A DNA stretch of 64,000 nt from an uncultured Clostridia bacterium (GTDB lineage Bacteria > Bacillota > Clostridia > TANB77 > CAG-508): the NCBI GenBank assembly GCA_947628085.1, contig CANQYM010000004.1:48791-112790 (forward strand), in the 5' to 3' direction. The position numbers were made by a program, and so were the translations under genes. The stretch's first letter is position 1. Each line of letters starts with the position of its first letter. Shown in pieces: positions 62,934-64,000 of the stretch. The notes beneath the pieces are model-generated. The model was not told the DNA's origin. It saw only the letters and a program-made list of their open reading frames with translations, and ran no database searches.

Positions 62934-63085
62934 ATATTTTTATGTTTTTTCATTTTATTAAATTATAATTTATCATATTCCTCATCATTAACAGGTTCAA
63001 GCCATTCATTTGATGTGTTTTCTCAGTGACTTTAAATATGAATTTCCTATAAAAAATAGATTATGCTTTTGCAAGCTACTTTTCT

Positions 63086-63990
63086 TTAAAAACTTATTAT
63101 TTTATTGTAAGTATCTATTGCATAATTATCTGTCATTCCAGATATATAATATATGATTGCTTGGTAAAATTCTTGCTCCTTCTCTATATTGAAAATTACT
63201 TTATTTTCACAGTCGCTATATCTATCATAATTCCAATATAATTTTAACCACTTTTCAAAATCTTTTATAATTTCTGGATATACTTTTTTTATATGTTCTT
63301 TATTCTTATAATATTTTTTAAGTGTGTTATATATAGTTTTTAATATAATTTCAAAATATTCTGTAGAAGGCTGTAATCTTTCATCTTTGTAAATATATTT
63401 ATAATTGAAATCTTTCAATTTTTCAATAAATTCAAAAGATTTATTAGAAAATTTTAAACCAACATTTTCATTACTATTTTCACATAAATCATAGACTAAG
63501 TTATTAATTATAATAGTATTGTTTATAGCATCATTTTTGCTCAAATTCATTATATCTCTTAATTCTTTTAAATGCTTATCTAGGATTCCTATTGTAATAG
63601 CATCTTGTATATCTCTTCCTAAATATGCTATTTTATCTGCAATTTTTACTGTGCATCCTTCCCAAGTATATGGATTAAATTGATTTGGAAAATTATAATC
63701 ATATAAATCAATATATTCTTCTCTTGGTTTCAAACTGTTTTCGTCAATTTCGCCACAGTGTGAAATAATACCATCTTTTACAGCATATGTAAGATTAAGA
63801 TTTTGCAGATGTTGTTTATCATCTTCTAATAAAATAATTTTATCCACCATTTCTAGTCCATTTTTTTCGTGCCAAAATGTTTTTCCTATATCTTCTCTTG
63901 ATATTTCTGATAGTATTTTTTCTCCTTGATGTCCAAAAGGACTATGTCCTATGTCATGACTCATAGCAATTGCTTTCGTTAACTTTGCAT
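63086..63990 (-). CDS. HD-domain dGTP triphosphohydrolase-like protein (N-terminus beyond the window edge)
   Basis: The HD motif SHDIGHSPFGHQGE is present. The ORF runs off the right end of the window, so it is partial. Confidence 0.6.
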
Positions 63991-64000
63991 TTAATCCTAA

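Noticed and set aside
62397-62934. ORFs 62397-62681(-) and 62617-62934(+) overlapping the GC-rich gene
   Set aside because: The same GC-rich artefact applies. The 62502-62843 frame has the RBS, promoter and terminator.

Overview
This 64-kb window comes from a very AT-rich, low-GC Firmicute chromosome (about 25% GC). The sporulation genes yabP and yabQ/divIC, plus a relic of dpaB (spoVFB), point to a Clostridium-like organism. Most of the window is housekeeping: a nadD-nadE/pncB NAD cluster, trmB, an ABC/ABC-2/GldG-like transporter triad, dinB with a LexA (Cheo) box, a Xer-like recombinase, rho, aspartokinase, the cpsC/cpsD/cpsB tyrosine-kinase module, prfB, and a heterodimeric ABC exporter pair. 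I found no CRISPR array, rRNA, tRNA or transposase. Seven things stand out. (1) A single 13.5-kb gene encodes a 4,520-aa surface protein. It has a cohesin-like domain, a TM hairpin, a dockerin, about 13 Ig-like repeat modules and a C-terminal M26/ZmpB-like HExxH metalloprotease. (2) A family of intergenic elements sits in gene 3' regions. At least two clear copies and one weaker copy each have a GC-rich conserved core closed by a different near-perfect 20-29-bp inverted repeat, which looks like stem covariation in a structured RNA. (3) A 34-codon upstream ORF with 38% Phe+Tyr, followed by an intrinsic terminator, lies directly upstream of a class-I DAHP synthase, which suggests pheL-like attenuation. 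(4) Three genes of foreign composition (an H+-pyrophosphatase, an HExxH membrane protein, and a 113-aa ORF at 55% GC) each sit behind a host-like extended -10 promoter. (5) A (CA)5 tract keeps a well-placed ATG out of frame with an Acyltransferase-3 gene, which looks like a phase-variation switch. (6) A dipicolinate synthase B gene carries a frameshift and has no dpaA partner. (7) A 1.1-kb ORF-free region contains degenerate direct repeats and palindromes.
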